Origin: Macrostomum hystrix
Taxonomy: Eukaryota; Animalia; Platyhelminthes
Direction: 5' to 3'
Length of the DNA stretch: 64,000 bases
NCBI GenBank assembly: GCA_950097015.1
Contig: CATNEN010000003.1
Coordinates: forward strand, 3,348,001-3,412,000
Shown here piece by piece: positions 34,772 through 46,984 of the stretch. Both the position numbers and the translations under genes were made by a program. A model generated the notes under the pieces. It worked only from the letters and a program-made list of their open reading frames with translations, did no database searches and was not told the DNA's origin. The stretch's first letter is position 1. Each line of letters starts with the position of its first letter.

Positions 34772-37700
34772 ATGATGCCCAGGTAAGTTTGTCGCAGAAA
34801 ATTGTGCCAAAAAACTGTTTGACACATATTAGACCAAACAATTCAACACCAAGCCATGCTCCAGTTCATGATGCATTTACACGAACAACTGATAGCTGAT
34901 CCGAAAAAGGACAGTTTAACATTAAACAATGCCGATTGTGAGTAAAATGTTGACAAAGCATTACTTCTGTAGGGTAATGCTGTCATAAAAATTATGTGAC
35001 TAGTTCTTCAAAGCTATTGCTGACAAAGTACTTTAACGGTACAAAGCATGAGTATGCTTCCTTACTTATAGAACTAATTCAAACTCTTAATTCAAAGAGA
35101 AAAGAATTCGCAGCCTCAGTCTCTGTCTCTCGTACTACAGCCTCAGTCAAGTACTCAGCACAACTCAGCTAAATCTTTCAGTGTTCTCAAATGATCCTGG
35201 ATCTGAGAATAACAACAGCAGAATCTTTATCCCCGTTGCTTTGCAGGGCTAAAGCAACAACTGCTGAGATAGTTGCAGTCACCATAACATTGACTCTGAC
35301 AATGTTAAACTCGGCGCCAGACACAACTGGCTATTGCACGGCTGGGGATTTCATGCTGGGCATGCTGCACGGAACAAGCTACTGCTCCAGCAAACTCGAA
35401 GAGCGAGAATTCCTGCGCCAAATCGTGCCTCAATTTGCGCTCGGAACACTGCTCAAAATACTGCCTGGCACAATATTCAGCCAGACGAATATCTCCATGG
35501 GCGTCGTGTTTCTTGAGACGTGCTTTGCAGAGTCCATCGGAGCAGCGAATGCGGGTCGAGTGCGGGCTGCCTGGAGTCGACCCGCACTGCTGGAACAGGG
35601 GCGTCGGTGTGGCTACCTCAACGGGATCGATGCTAAGCCGGTGTACCTGGTGCACGGTGTCGTGGGTGCCTGGTCGAGCTCCGTCGCCCAGGCGATGCTC
35701 TACACTCTGCAGAATGAAGAGCTGCCCACAGTCGGTACGGAAAGCAGCAGCGATACGCTGAGCGATCGAGAAAGATTTCCCAACTTTGTCCGGCTCGTGA
35801 GTCCGGACTCATACCAGGCCATGGTGATCATTGATCTGCTCAAGGAGTTCAACTGGACCTACATTGGGTTGCTGTACAACCCTGGAAGCGTTTACGACAC
35901 GAACATTGCTCTTCAGCTGACATCCAGTCTGCCCTCTAGATTTCCGCAGGCTTGCCTGGCCTTCATCATTCCGCACACCAGTGCGACAGAACAAGCCGAT
36001 GTCATAGACGCAATCAACCAGCAGCCCAATATGAGAGTTCTTATCTGGCTGAAGGACATCGATGGTCAGTGGCAAACAACTCGCCTGCTAGAGGCGGTCG
36101 GAAGAACGGGAGTGGCGATTGTGACGAGTGACGGAAACTACAATAAAAATGTTTTTACCAACTCCACCTTCACGATTTACTTCAAGCTGTTCCCTACGCC
36201 AGACCTGATGGAATGGTACCGGAACCTCACCTACGCCGACCTCTCGCCGATGTACAACGGAGCGCTCATGTTCGACCAGCTGATGAACTGCTCGGCCTGC
36301 GCCTGCTGCTTCGCGAACTCGACCCGTCGGATGTCCGAGTCGACCAGCTTGAGGCCGGCCAGCATCGTGGCTCCGGTGGCTCGGATGCTGGACGCGTTTC
36401 TCGCGTTCGCTCACGCCATCGACGCGGTGGCCAGGTCCGAGTGCGGCTCGAGTCTGGAGCCCGAGCTCAACAAGTCGGCGCTGCTCCAGTGCGTGACCGG
36501 ACCGCTGCTGCTGAAGCAGCTGTACAGGACGAACTTCACCGGCTACACTGGACAGGTGAAGCTGGACAGCGGCGGAAACGGTCCGGCCTCGTATGTGGTG
36601 CTGTACCAGAGCAGTCAGCAGGTGAGCTCGAGCCTCACTGTCGGAGTGTGGAGCTCTGAGCTCGGTCTCAGCTTGAACCGCAGTCTGATCTCGTGGCCGG
36701 GAAGTGTGGCGAGCGACCAGCAGCAGGTGCCAATGAGTGTGTGCTCTCTGCCGTGCGGCAGTCACGAGTACCGAGTTCAGGTGAGCAAGTGCTGCTGGGT
36801 GTGCAGGCCTTGCAGCTCGGACGAGATCGTCGGGTCGAACGGCACCCAGTGCGAGAAGTGCGCCTCGCTCACCTGGCCGAGCTCAAACTATTCGCGCTGC
36901 TCACCGCTCGACCTGACCGTTCTCCGACCAAGCGACACGAGCGGCATCGTGTTCATCAGCGTCGCGTCGCTCGGCTCCGCCGTCACCATTGCGACGGGCG
37001 TGTTCTTCCTCGCCAGGTCGAGCGTGCCGCTGCTGAAGGCGTCGTCGCTCGAGCTGAGCCTCTTCCAGCAGGTGGGCATCCAGCTCGGACTGGTCGATGT
37101 GGCGCTGTTCTTCGGCGAGCCCTCCCTCACCGTGTGCAACGTGCAGGCATTCCTGTACCACTTCAGCCTGACCATGGTGTACGCGGCTCTGCTCACCAAG
37201 AGCGCCCGCATCTACCGCGTGTTCTCCGGATCGATGCGAGGCGCATCGTCGCTCAAGTTCACGGGTCGCCGAGCCGTGGTCGTCATGACGGTGACGCTCT
37301 GTCTGCTGCAGGTTCGTCACGCTGATTTTGATCAATGGATTTTGAGCAATCGCTATAAATGACCTGTGATTTCTTCCCTCAGGTGGTGCTGCTGTCGAGC
37401 GTCCTCAGCGTCCGTCCGATCCAGCCCGTGAAGCTCGTGCTCAACGGCCTCCGCTCCGACGCCCGGCCAGTCGTGGAGTTCCAGTGCGACTACTTCTCCA
37501 GCAGCCAGTGGATTCCCTACGCGCTCAACCTGCTGCTCATGCTGGTCTCGTGCTCGCTGGCAGTGCGAATCCGCAGCCTGCCGGACAACTTCCACGACAG
37601 CAAGTGCATCCTGGCCTTCAGCGCCTGCGCCACCTTCGTGTGGATCGCCTTCATCCCCAGCCTCGTCACGCTGGCCTCGCTCACCTCAGCCGCCGCTCTG

Positions 37701-37841
37701 CTGGTCTTTGTTCTGCTGTTCACCAACCTGTTCGCAGTGAGCATCTTGTTCCTGCCCAAGGTCTACGCCGTTGTATTCGACCGGGCCGAACTGGTCAAGA
37801 ACTACAATGCCAGTGTGATCAACGCAAGCTGTTCGACTTAG
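34772..37841 (+). CDS. Class C GPCR paralogue 2. Probable exons 34772-34782 (micro-exon), 35247-37311 and 37383-37841; alternative start at 35191
   Basis: Same VFT-CRD-7TM architecture as paralogue 1; 71-bp GT-AG intron 37312-37382. The micro-exon ATGATGCCCAG|gtaagt fits in phase with the acceptor ttgcag|G at 35247. Confidence 0.9.
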
Positions 37842-38985
37842 CTTGATGTCTAATACTCGGAGCTTTAAACCAGCCAGCATATTGAGGAAGCATATTTAAA
37901 GTACATTGACCTTCGCCTTGACTTTGGCTGTGTTGTGAATCACACCCTCCCCTTGCAGTGGTGAGTGAGCTTTGCCACCTCCTCGAATCGTGTTGTGTTC
38001 CCCTGCTCTCCTGATTGGCTGTCTCGCAATCGCTCTCGCTGTCATCCACCCCCGTGTGACCCTCGGCCGCCATTGTTAATCGTTGATAGTGTTAATGCCA
38101 TTAAGGCCTTATTGTACCATCAGGTCTCATATCAGTGCAACAAACTAAAGACACTGTCTGAATTTGTACACCGAATGGACTCATCGAAATCTGAAGTTGA
38201 CGAGCTGATGGCGCAAAATTGAAGTGTTCTTTGCCTCGTTGTTTGCATTGTTTTCTGACCAACTTCTTGCTTGTCAATGAAAATTATCTGACACTGACAT
38301 TCTGACTTCCTTTTTCATTTCTCTAAACCAATTCCGGAACTGTTTGATCCGTTTAAGCGACTGTGATAACTCACATTACATTTCCAGTGAGACATGTGGA
38401 TAACCATGTAACTTTTAACGGATGTGGCATGTATGCTGTTACTTACTATTCGTTGCTATAATTGTCACTGTCTACGGTTTATACTCACAATTTATCTAGA
38501 AAACGTATTTAACATTCACTGAGCTGAGATTACTAAAAAGAAGCACTATTTCCAAAAAAACACTTAATCTGTTAAAAAATACTATTACGATATGTGTTTC
38601 TTTTTCTATTGAAGAATAAATCATCTATGCTACTTTCAGTAGAGTCAGAAGTTTTTGTTATCTAAAAAAGTATGTAACTCTAGAATTATGTGAGTATGAA
38701 TAATTATAGCTCGCTTATTTTGTTTGTCTAGAAATTGAAAAACACACATCTAGTTAAATGGATTAACATTTGGAATTTTAGCCCCTACTGCAAATGGTAG
38801 AACTATGCAAACTCATGTCTAGTTTAATTTTTATAACACCTGTTAGTATGAGACAAGCGCTCGACCCTTACTCAAGTCCCAGTCCTGCCCTCAGTCACTA
38901 TGCTGAGCCTGAGCATAAGAAGGTTAAACCGTAGTTTTTTTAAACTTCTCAACATTGCGATCGCGTGAAGTGCGGATGTGTCGTT

Positions 38986-39095
38986 CCTCCAGTCCATGGA
39001 CTGAACAGCCGTACACAGCTTTCAGATGCGCCGCGCAATAACTGCGGCTGTGCTGTCGGCTGCACATCTGGCCCAATAGGGACATGTGTAATCAA
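38986..39095 (+). mobile_element. Family A SINE 3' fragment
   Basis: CCAGTCCATGGACTGAACAGCCGTAC...CTGCACATCTGGCCCAAT. Confidence 0.8.
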
Positions 39096-39262
39096 GTATT
39101 ATTAATTTGCTCATAAAATATTATTACAGTCTTGGAGCGAATATGCTTTCCTTGTCCTGAATTTTGCTACCATTGGGCCAACCCCAAGCCAAAATGAGAG
39201 AAATTTTTCATAGCTGTAGCAATACCATTACCACACGTATTCTCAATATCAAGCTGTAACTA

Positions 39263-39582
39263 GGGGGGTCGGTGGCAGAGCGGTTAACGCGTTTGCCTCT
39301 CGCACCAAGGTCCCTAAGTTCGATTCCACGGCGATGCCACATTCATTTGGGGCGCAGCCGCGGAGAGAAGGCTTGGGGGCTTGTCGTGCAATTTACGCCC
39401 TTGAGGGCCAACCTCTAAGGCACAGTGAGAGTGTACACTGCCTGTTGATGAGAAAGTCAGGGCAGATGCACACACCTGTGTTCATGTGTGCTAAGGAGTC
39501 AGTGAAATGCGTCCTCGCTGGCTGCGGGTCTAGTGTCACCAAATAATGGGCCATTGCCCGCAGCCCTCCCGAAATGATTATT
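39263..39582 (+). mobile_element. Family B SINE, full length
   Basis: A-box TGGCAGAGCGG, B-box GTTCGATTCC, body shared with 24213-24585 and 3801-4122. Confidence 0.88.
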
Positions 39583-40352
39583 GTTTTAAGCAGTATAAAT
39601 ATATCGTAACTTGGTACTTTTAATCGAAAGGGTCAGGAGCTTGAACCTACAATTATTTCCTTGAGCAAGACATCAATTCCCAAGTGTTTTAGTTCACCCA
39701 GTTAAAAAATTAGATACCAACCGAAAAAACTCAATGGCGATAATTGTGTTGCAGACAATGCCCCAGCATTTCAGCTTACACCGTGGGAAAATTCACTTTA
39801 TCGATCATTTAGGCCAGCACCTGCTGGCATTAGAATGCTTTATCGACAGCAGAGATTTGCAGAAACATTTTCTCATATGCATCCCATATTGTGTGCAGCT
39901 CCCTACTGTAAAAGTACAAAACATACTAGGAAATGGTGAGCTCGGTATAGTCATGACTCAACTAATAAGTATTATATTAAGAGTTTTAAATTGCCTTCTA
40001 ATAACTTTCAATGCAAATTAAATCAGTTGAGTTGTGGCAAATTTCCAATGCGAAAGTACTGACTGCATAAGCTGACTCGTTTATCCCATTGGATGGGGAA
40101 ATTTATTCATGTACCAATGGGAATAGTTTACATCGATACAAACTGACTTAAATGGTTATCGTGTAGAAATCTTTTGTATTGGACCAAAATGCTTTAACTG
40201 CAAACTGACATTCTATAAGCAGAACAAAATCTTAGCAAAGACTTTTCATACACACAAAGGTAAGAGTTCTTCATGTAACTATGTCATTGGTTTCTGCATT
40301 TCTGACATCAGAAGGCTAAACATTGCTTCTTATCAAGTTCTCTGAATCAATG

Positions 40353-40560
40353 AGGTTGTAGCCTTGTCGGACTCACAACTTGCAGGTCGGGGGTTCGATT
40401 CCTGACTCCATTGGAACAATTTGTTTCCTTTAGCAAGACACTTAACTCTGCATTGCTGATGCTGGTACTTAAATGGGCAACAGCATCAGCTGGGATAATT
40501 GAAGGTGGGTGTGGCGTCCCCCCAGTCCATGGACTGAACAGCCGGACGCAGCCTTCAGAG
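40353..40560 (+). mobile_element. Family A SINE, 3' tail replaced by a minisatellite
   Basis: GGTTGTAGCC...GGTCGGGGGTTCGATTCC...TAGCAAGACACTTAACTCTGCATTGCT...AGTCCATGGACTGAACAGCC...GCCTTCAGA. Confidence 0.85.
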
Positions 40561-40566
40561 CCTTCA

Positions 40567-41480
40567 GGGCTGGGTGTTCTGAATGAAGTCTGGGGTGTTC
40601 TGAATGAAGGCTGGGTGTTCTGAATGAAGGCTGGGTGTTCTGAATGAAGGCTGGGTGTTCTGAATGAAGGCTGGGTGTTCTGAATGAAGGCTGGGTGTTC
40701 TGAATGAAGGCTGGGTGTTCTGAATGAAGTCTGGGGTGTTCTGAATGAAGGCTGGGTGTTCTGAATGAAGGCTGGGGTGTTCTGAATGAAGGCTGGGTGT
40801 TCTGAATGAAGGCTGGGTGTTCTGAATGAAGGCTGGGTGTTCTGAATGAAGGCTGGGTGTTCTGAATGAAGTCTGGGGTGTTCTGAATGAAGGCTGGGTG
40901 TTCTGAATGAAGTCTGGGGTGTTCTGAATGAAGGCTGGGTGTTCTGAATGAAGGCTGGGGTGTTCTGAATGAAGGCTGGGTGTTCTGAATGAAGTCTGGG
41001 GTGTTCTGAATGAATGCTGGGTGTTCTGAATGAAGGCTGGGTGTTCTGAATGAAGTCTGGGGTGTTCTGAATGAAGTCTGGGGTGTTCTGAATGAAGGCT
41101 GGGGTGTTCTGAATGAAGGCTGGGGTGTTCTGAATGAAGTCTAGGGTGTTCTGAATGAAGGCTGGGTGTTCTGAATGAAGGCTGGGGTGTTCTGAATGAA
41201 GGCTGGGGTGTTCTGAATGAAGGCTGGGTGTTCTGAATGAAGACTGGGGTGTTCTGAATGAAGGCTGGGGTGTTCTGAATGAAGTCTGGGGTGTTCTGAA
41301 TGAAGTCTGGGTGTTCTGAATGAAGGCTGGGTGTTCTGAATGAAGGCTGGGTGTTCTGAATGAAGGCTGGTGTTCTGAATGAAGGCTGGGTGTTCTGAAT
41401 GAAGGCTGGTGTTCTGAATGAAGGCTGGGTGTTCTGAATGAAGGCTGGGGTGTTCTGAATGAAGGCTGAGTGTTCTGAAT
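40567..41480. repeat. 19-21 bp minisatellite (GGCTGGGTGTTCTGAATGAA)n
   Basis: About 45 units. Confidence 0.95.
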
Positions 41481-43104
41481 CATTTTAATTCCTAATCCTA
41501 GCTAAATGAATGCTCAGTGCTAAGCCAAATGCATTCCAATGATACTAATTCTGAATGATGGGTAAGTATCTAAATGACTTAAATGAGCTGAGTGACTGTT
41601 TTCAAACAATGTCCCATTGGGACTGCTATTATTTTTAACGGAACTGACAGCCTTAATAAGAATTTTAGAATTGAGTAAAAAATTATTCTCTAGATAGACT
41701 ATTTAAACGACTAAGGTAAGGCTAACACTTGCCTTACCTGCAGGAATAGGACAGATAAAGAATAACAGTTTCCTCGGTCCCAGACACTCCACTGAAGAGT
41801 CGTTAGCAACCGTTGGTAGGCTGCAATAATTTACGGATCTGAAAGATGAAGTCGTTTGAATAAATGCAACATATTTCCCTGCCCAAGGGGGCTATCAGTA
41901 AGCACTAGAGAATTGGGAATTGACAAACAATAATCAACGCGCAACTTGCTCGGTGTGAAAAACACTTTCGGGTCACGTGCTGTCACATGACCATAATTTA
42001 CACAGGCGTTCTGAACGCTGATTCGAGCGCGGCAAAAAAACAGGCAAGGGAGAGGGATAGAAAAATGGGGCTTTTGTAGATTTAACGACCAATCAGGACG
42101 GACTCGCCTTGATTCACCAGGACTCTGTGGGTTATGTAATGACTTTGGCTAAGCTAAAGCCTAGTAATTGGGCAGTTATTAGCGGAATACTGAGCAGTAT
42201 GTTATTTTAATTGCTCGACATTTCCGACCCCAGGGGGGTATAAAAAAGAGTAAAATTATTCGGTTAAAGCAGATCTCCAGGAAAAGAACAATTATTGGAA
42301 AATTTCCCGACTTATCCCGAAATCAGATCTTAGATCAGATATCAATTTTAAAACAATTTTTTGAAAAAACTTCCAGATTTTAGTCCAAGTAGAGACCCAC
42401 TCAATGACATGCGGAAATCTCGAATGGCAAATCATTTTTCTCTCCATTTACAAACCTCACAAAGGACCCTAGGATGAACACGTATAAGTTCTCTGCCATG
42501 GGTTGGTAAATCGATAAATATGCAAATGAAATTTGATACGCAAAAAGTACACTTTCTCCTATCTGAAGAAATCTATAGTTATCAGTGTTCTCGCCCAGAT
42601 CGCCTAGGTTGCTCAGCCAAGTGAAGTTCTCGCTTGTGAGCTAATTTCGAATTGCAAATTATCAATTTCAAAGATTTGTCTCAACTGAAAAAAACTAATT
42701 TATTCGATTGTCATAAAATAATTTTCTGAATAATTGCATGCACTTTTAAGTTTTGAGAATACTCAATTAACCCCTGCCAGCTGCATTGAGCATCCATAAA
42801 TTATAGCTCATAGTAGACATGCGATAGAGATTCAGAACTGAATTGATTTGCATCATGCAACTGGGAAAGAATATTTTCAGCAAAGAAAGGAAAGATGAAA
42901 AGAGACTGTTGCAGTGCCTAAAGAACGATATAATTACTATTTTGCAATCCACTTTATCATACCAGTTGATTGATATATTGCAGATATAATTGGGACAAAC
43001 GTCAGGACAATATGATACAATTCTCCTTAAATCCTCCGTGTTTGGACAACATCCTGTAGCTTATCAAAGAGCATCATCATCGAATCACATGCTTTCATTC
43101 CAGA

Positions 43105-45692
43105 ATGCAGCCATGCCCTCCTGTTGTGCTCGCATCGATTTTGGTTGCATCCTTGTCAGCTTTGCCTACGCCAAGCACTAGCGGATTCTGCGAGTCCGGA
43201 GACTTCATGCTTGCCATGCTGCACGGAACAAGCTATTGCCGAAGCCAGCTGGAAGAGGAGGACTTCTTACGCCAGATGGTGCCGAAATTCTTTCTCAATC
43301 GACTGGCTCGACTGCCTGGCACAATATTCAGCCAGACGAACATCTCCATGGGCGTCGTGTTTCTTGAGACGTGCTACGTCGAGTCCATCGGGGCAGCGAA
43401 CGCGGGTCGAGTGCGGGCTGCCTGGAGTCGACCCGCACTGCTGGAACAGGGGCGTCGGTGTGGCTACCTCAACGGGATCGATGCTAAGCCGGTGTACCTG
43501 GTGCACGGTGTCGTGGGTGCCTGGTCAAGCGCCGTCACCCAGGCGATGCTCTACACTCTGCAGAATGAAGAGCTGCCCACAGTCGGTACGGAAAGCAGCA
43601 GCGACACGCTGAGCGATAGAGAAAGATTTCCCAACTTTGTCCGGCTCGTGAGTCCGGACTCATACCAGGCCATGGTGATCATTGATCTGCTCAAGGAGTT
43701 CAACTGGACCTACATTGGGCTGATCTACGATCCAGGCAGTGTTTACAACACGAACATTGCTCTTCAGCTGACATCCAGTCTGCATTCTAGATTTCCACAG
43801 GCTTGTCTGGCCTTCGTTATTCCGCTAACAAGCTCTACTGAGGCATCCAGTGTCCTTGACGCAGTTTATTCACAAAGGAACATGAAGATACTTGTCTGGC
43901 TAAAGGACATAACGGGTCACCTCGAGAACACCCAGCTTCTGCAGTCACTGGGGCAAGCTGGAATCTATTTACTCATGGCTGATGGCAACTTCAATGCGAA
44001 TCAGTACATCAACAGCACCTTTACGATTTACTTTAAGCTGTTCCCTACGCCAGACCTGGTGGAATGGTACCGGAACCTCACCTACGCCGACCTCTCGCCG
44101 ATGTACAACGGAGCGCTCATGTTCGACCAGCTGATGAACTGCTCGGCCTGCGCCTGCTGCTTCGCGAACTCGACCCGTCGGCTGTCCGAGTCGACCAGCT
44201 TCAGGCCGGCCAGCATCGTGGCTCCGGTGGCTCGGATGCTGGACGCGTTTCTCGCGTTCGCTCACGCCATCGACGGGGTGGCCAGGTCCGAGTGCGGCTC
44301 GAGTCTGGAGCCCGAGCTCAACAAGTCGGCGCTGCTCCAATGCGTGACCGGACCGCTGCTGCTGAAGCAGCTGTACAGGACGAACTTCACCGGCTACACT
44401 GGACAGGTGAAGCTGGACAGCGGCGGAAACGGTCCGGCCTCGTATGTGGTGCTGTACCAGAGCAGTCAGCAGGTGAGCTCGAGCCTCACTGTCGGAGTGT
44501 GGAGCTCTGAGCTCGGTCTCAGCTTGAACCGCAGTCTGATCTCGTGGCCGGGAAGTGTGGCGAGCGACCAGCAGCAGGTGCCAATGAGTGTGTGCTCTCT
44601 ACCGTGCGGCAGTCACGAGTACCGAGTTCAGGTGAGCAAGTGCTGCTGGGTGTGCAGGCCTTGCAGCTCGGACGAGATCGTCGGGTCGAACGGCACCCAG
44701 TGCGAGAAGTGCGCCTCGCTCACCTGGCCGAGCTCAAACTATTCGCGCTGCTCACCGCTCGACCTGACCGTTCTCCGACCAAGCGACACGAGCGGCATCG
44801 TGTTCATCAGCGTCGCGTCGCTCGGCTCAGCCGTCACCATTGCGACGGGCGTGTTCTTCCTCGCCAGGTCGAGCGTGCCGCTGCTGAAGGCGTCGTCGCT
44901 CGAGCTGAGCCTCTTCCAGCAGGTGGGCATCCAGCTCGGACTGGTCGATGTGGCGCTGTTCTTCGGCGAGCCCTCCCTCACCGTGTGCAACGTGCAGGCA
45001 TTCCTGTACCACTTCAGCCTGACCATGGTGTACGCGGCTCTGCTCACCAAGAGCGCCCGCATCTACCGCGTGTTCTCCGGATCGATGCGAGGCGCATCGT
45101 CGCTCAAGTTCACGGGTCGCCGAGCCGTGGTCGTCATGACGGTGACGCTCTGTCTGCTGCAGGTTCGTCACGCTGATTTTGATCAATGGATTTTGAGCAA
45201 TCGCTATAAATGACCTGTGATTTCTTCCCTCAGGTGGTGCTGCTGTCGAGCGTCCTCAGCGTCCGTCCGATCCGGCCCGTGAAGCTCGTGCTCAACGGCC
45301 TCCGCTCCGACACCCGGCCAGTCGTGGAGTTCCAGTGCGACTACTTCTCCAGCAGCCAGTGGATTCCCTACGCGCTCAACCTGCTGCTCATGCTGGTCAC
45401 GTGCTCGCTGGCAGTGCGAATCCGCAGCCTGCCGGACAACTTCCACGACAGCAAGTGCATCCTGGCCTTCAGTGCCTGCGCCACCTTCGTGTGGATCGCC
45501 TTCATCCCCAGCCTCGTCACGCTGGCCTCGCTCACCTCAGCCGCCGCTCTGCTGGTCTTTGTTCTGCTGTTCACCAACCTGTTCGCAGTGAGCATCTTGT
45601 TCCTGCCCAAGGTCTACGCCGTTGTATTCGACAAGTCCGACAATGCGAAGCACTACAACGCCAGTGTGATCGACGCAAGCGGTTCGTCTTAG
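43105..45692 (+). CDS. Class C GPCR paralogue 3. Exons 43105-45162 and 45234-45692
   Basis: Signal peptide MQPCPPVVLASILVASLSA, VFT, CRD and 7TM; same 71-bp intron as paralogue 2. Confidence 0.93.
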
Positions 45693-46984
45693 CTGAAGTC
45701 TAGTACTGCGACACAGTTTCTAGCTCATGTCCTTAATCCGAAAATGAAAGAGTTTTTGGAAGATGTCAAAACTTTGTTGTGTCTTGCTTTGTTCACTTGT
45801 TCAGTATGTTACTGCTCTTTGTTCACTTTACGGATATTCTATTTGAAACTTTTATCGTTATTTCACTATTTTCGCATATCTAAAAATAATTTATTATAAT
45901 CTTTTACTCTTTTCAAATCCTTGCAATATTTTTGCTATTACCAACTTGACATATCGCTCGTCTTGAAAGTAACGATTCTTACGCAAATGTCACGCACTAC
46001 GTGCGCCTGCGTGCAATATGAAAGAGTTAGTATATTTGTCAAAAGTTTTTTTCATCTATCTGCTAAACTTAATATACATGAAAACTTTCAATCGCAAAAT
46101 CGCAGCAAAAGTGTTGACTTCAAGTGATGGGTGTTAGAAAAATAATGATTGGATTCAATATTTACAAACTGACTTCAGCTAATATGGGACGGCATGTTAT
46201 TGCACAGCTAATTAACTAGCTGTTGATCGAAACATTTCAATAAAAAAGTGCTAGTGCTATAAGCTCGTGACGCAAAACTCGAAGCATGCACTAACAATTG
46301 AATTGCTTTCGACGTTCAATAATCAAGGCAGACGTCCAGGAAGGAGTGGTAAAAATGGTGTGCTGATAATTTATTGCAGGATTTCATTCTTGAAAATTTT
46401 AAACGCATGGAAAGCCACAACCCCAAATACGCGAGTATTTTTAAGATCATTTGTCAAAGAAACTTCAGAGAATCATCAGAAATAATCGAAAATTTTTTAA
46501 CGAACAATTATAAGCACCACATATTTTCTACACAAAGATGTCTCGAGTCCATATCGTAAATCCTTACGTGCAGTCTTCTTTCATTGCCCTTGTTTGGGCG
46601 GAGTTAATTGTTAACGGTTTAAAGGTAAAACAAAAGACATAAATATGTGGAGCAGGTGCACCACAGAAAAATAACTGTATAAAATTGTATGCACGAAATA
46701 AAAGTTATCGGTTATATTTAGCTAGTAACTCTTAAAATGTACTGTTTTTATTAGAAATATCTAACTTATATTGTGTTTGATTTTAGCAGCGAATCTCATT
46801 TTATGTCATATAGTGTGTTGGATTTGTAAAATAGTATGATTTAGAGGCTATAATATGTTACTGTCTTTCGTATTGCTTGTATATCACGTAAGATAATCTG
46901 TGATTATCTTGATTTCTAAAGTTTTGTCTCACCTTACATTTTTTATTCTCGTTGCTTGCCTCATAAGGCACTGGCCAAATCTGA

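Noticed and set aside
36088-37335. Overlapping and antisense ORFs in the GPCR genes, repeated in all three copies
   Set aside because: Shadow frames from high GC3; their conservation follows from the nucleotide identity of the paralogues.
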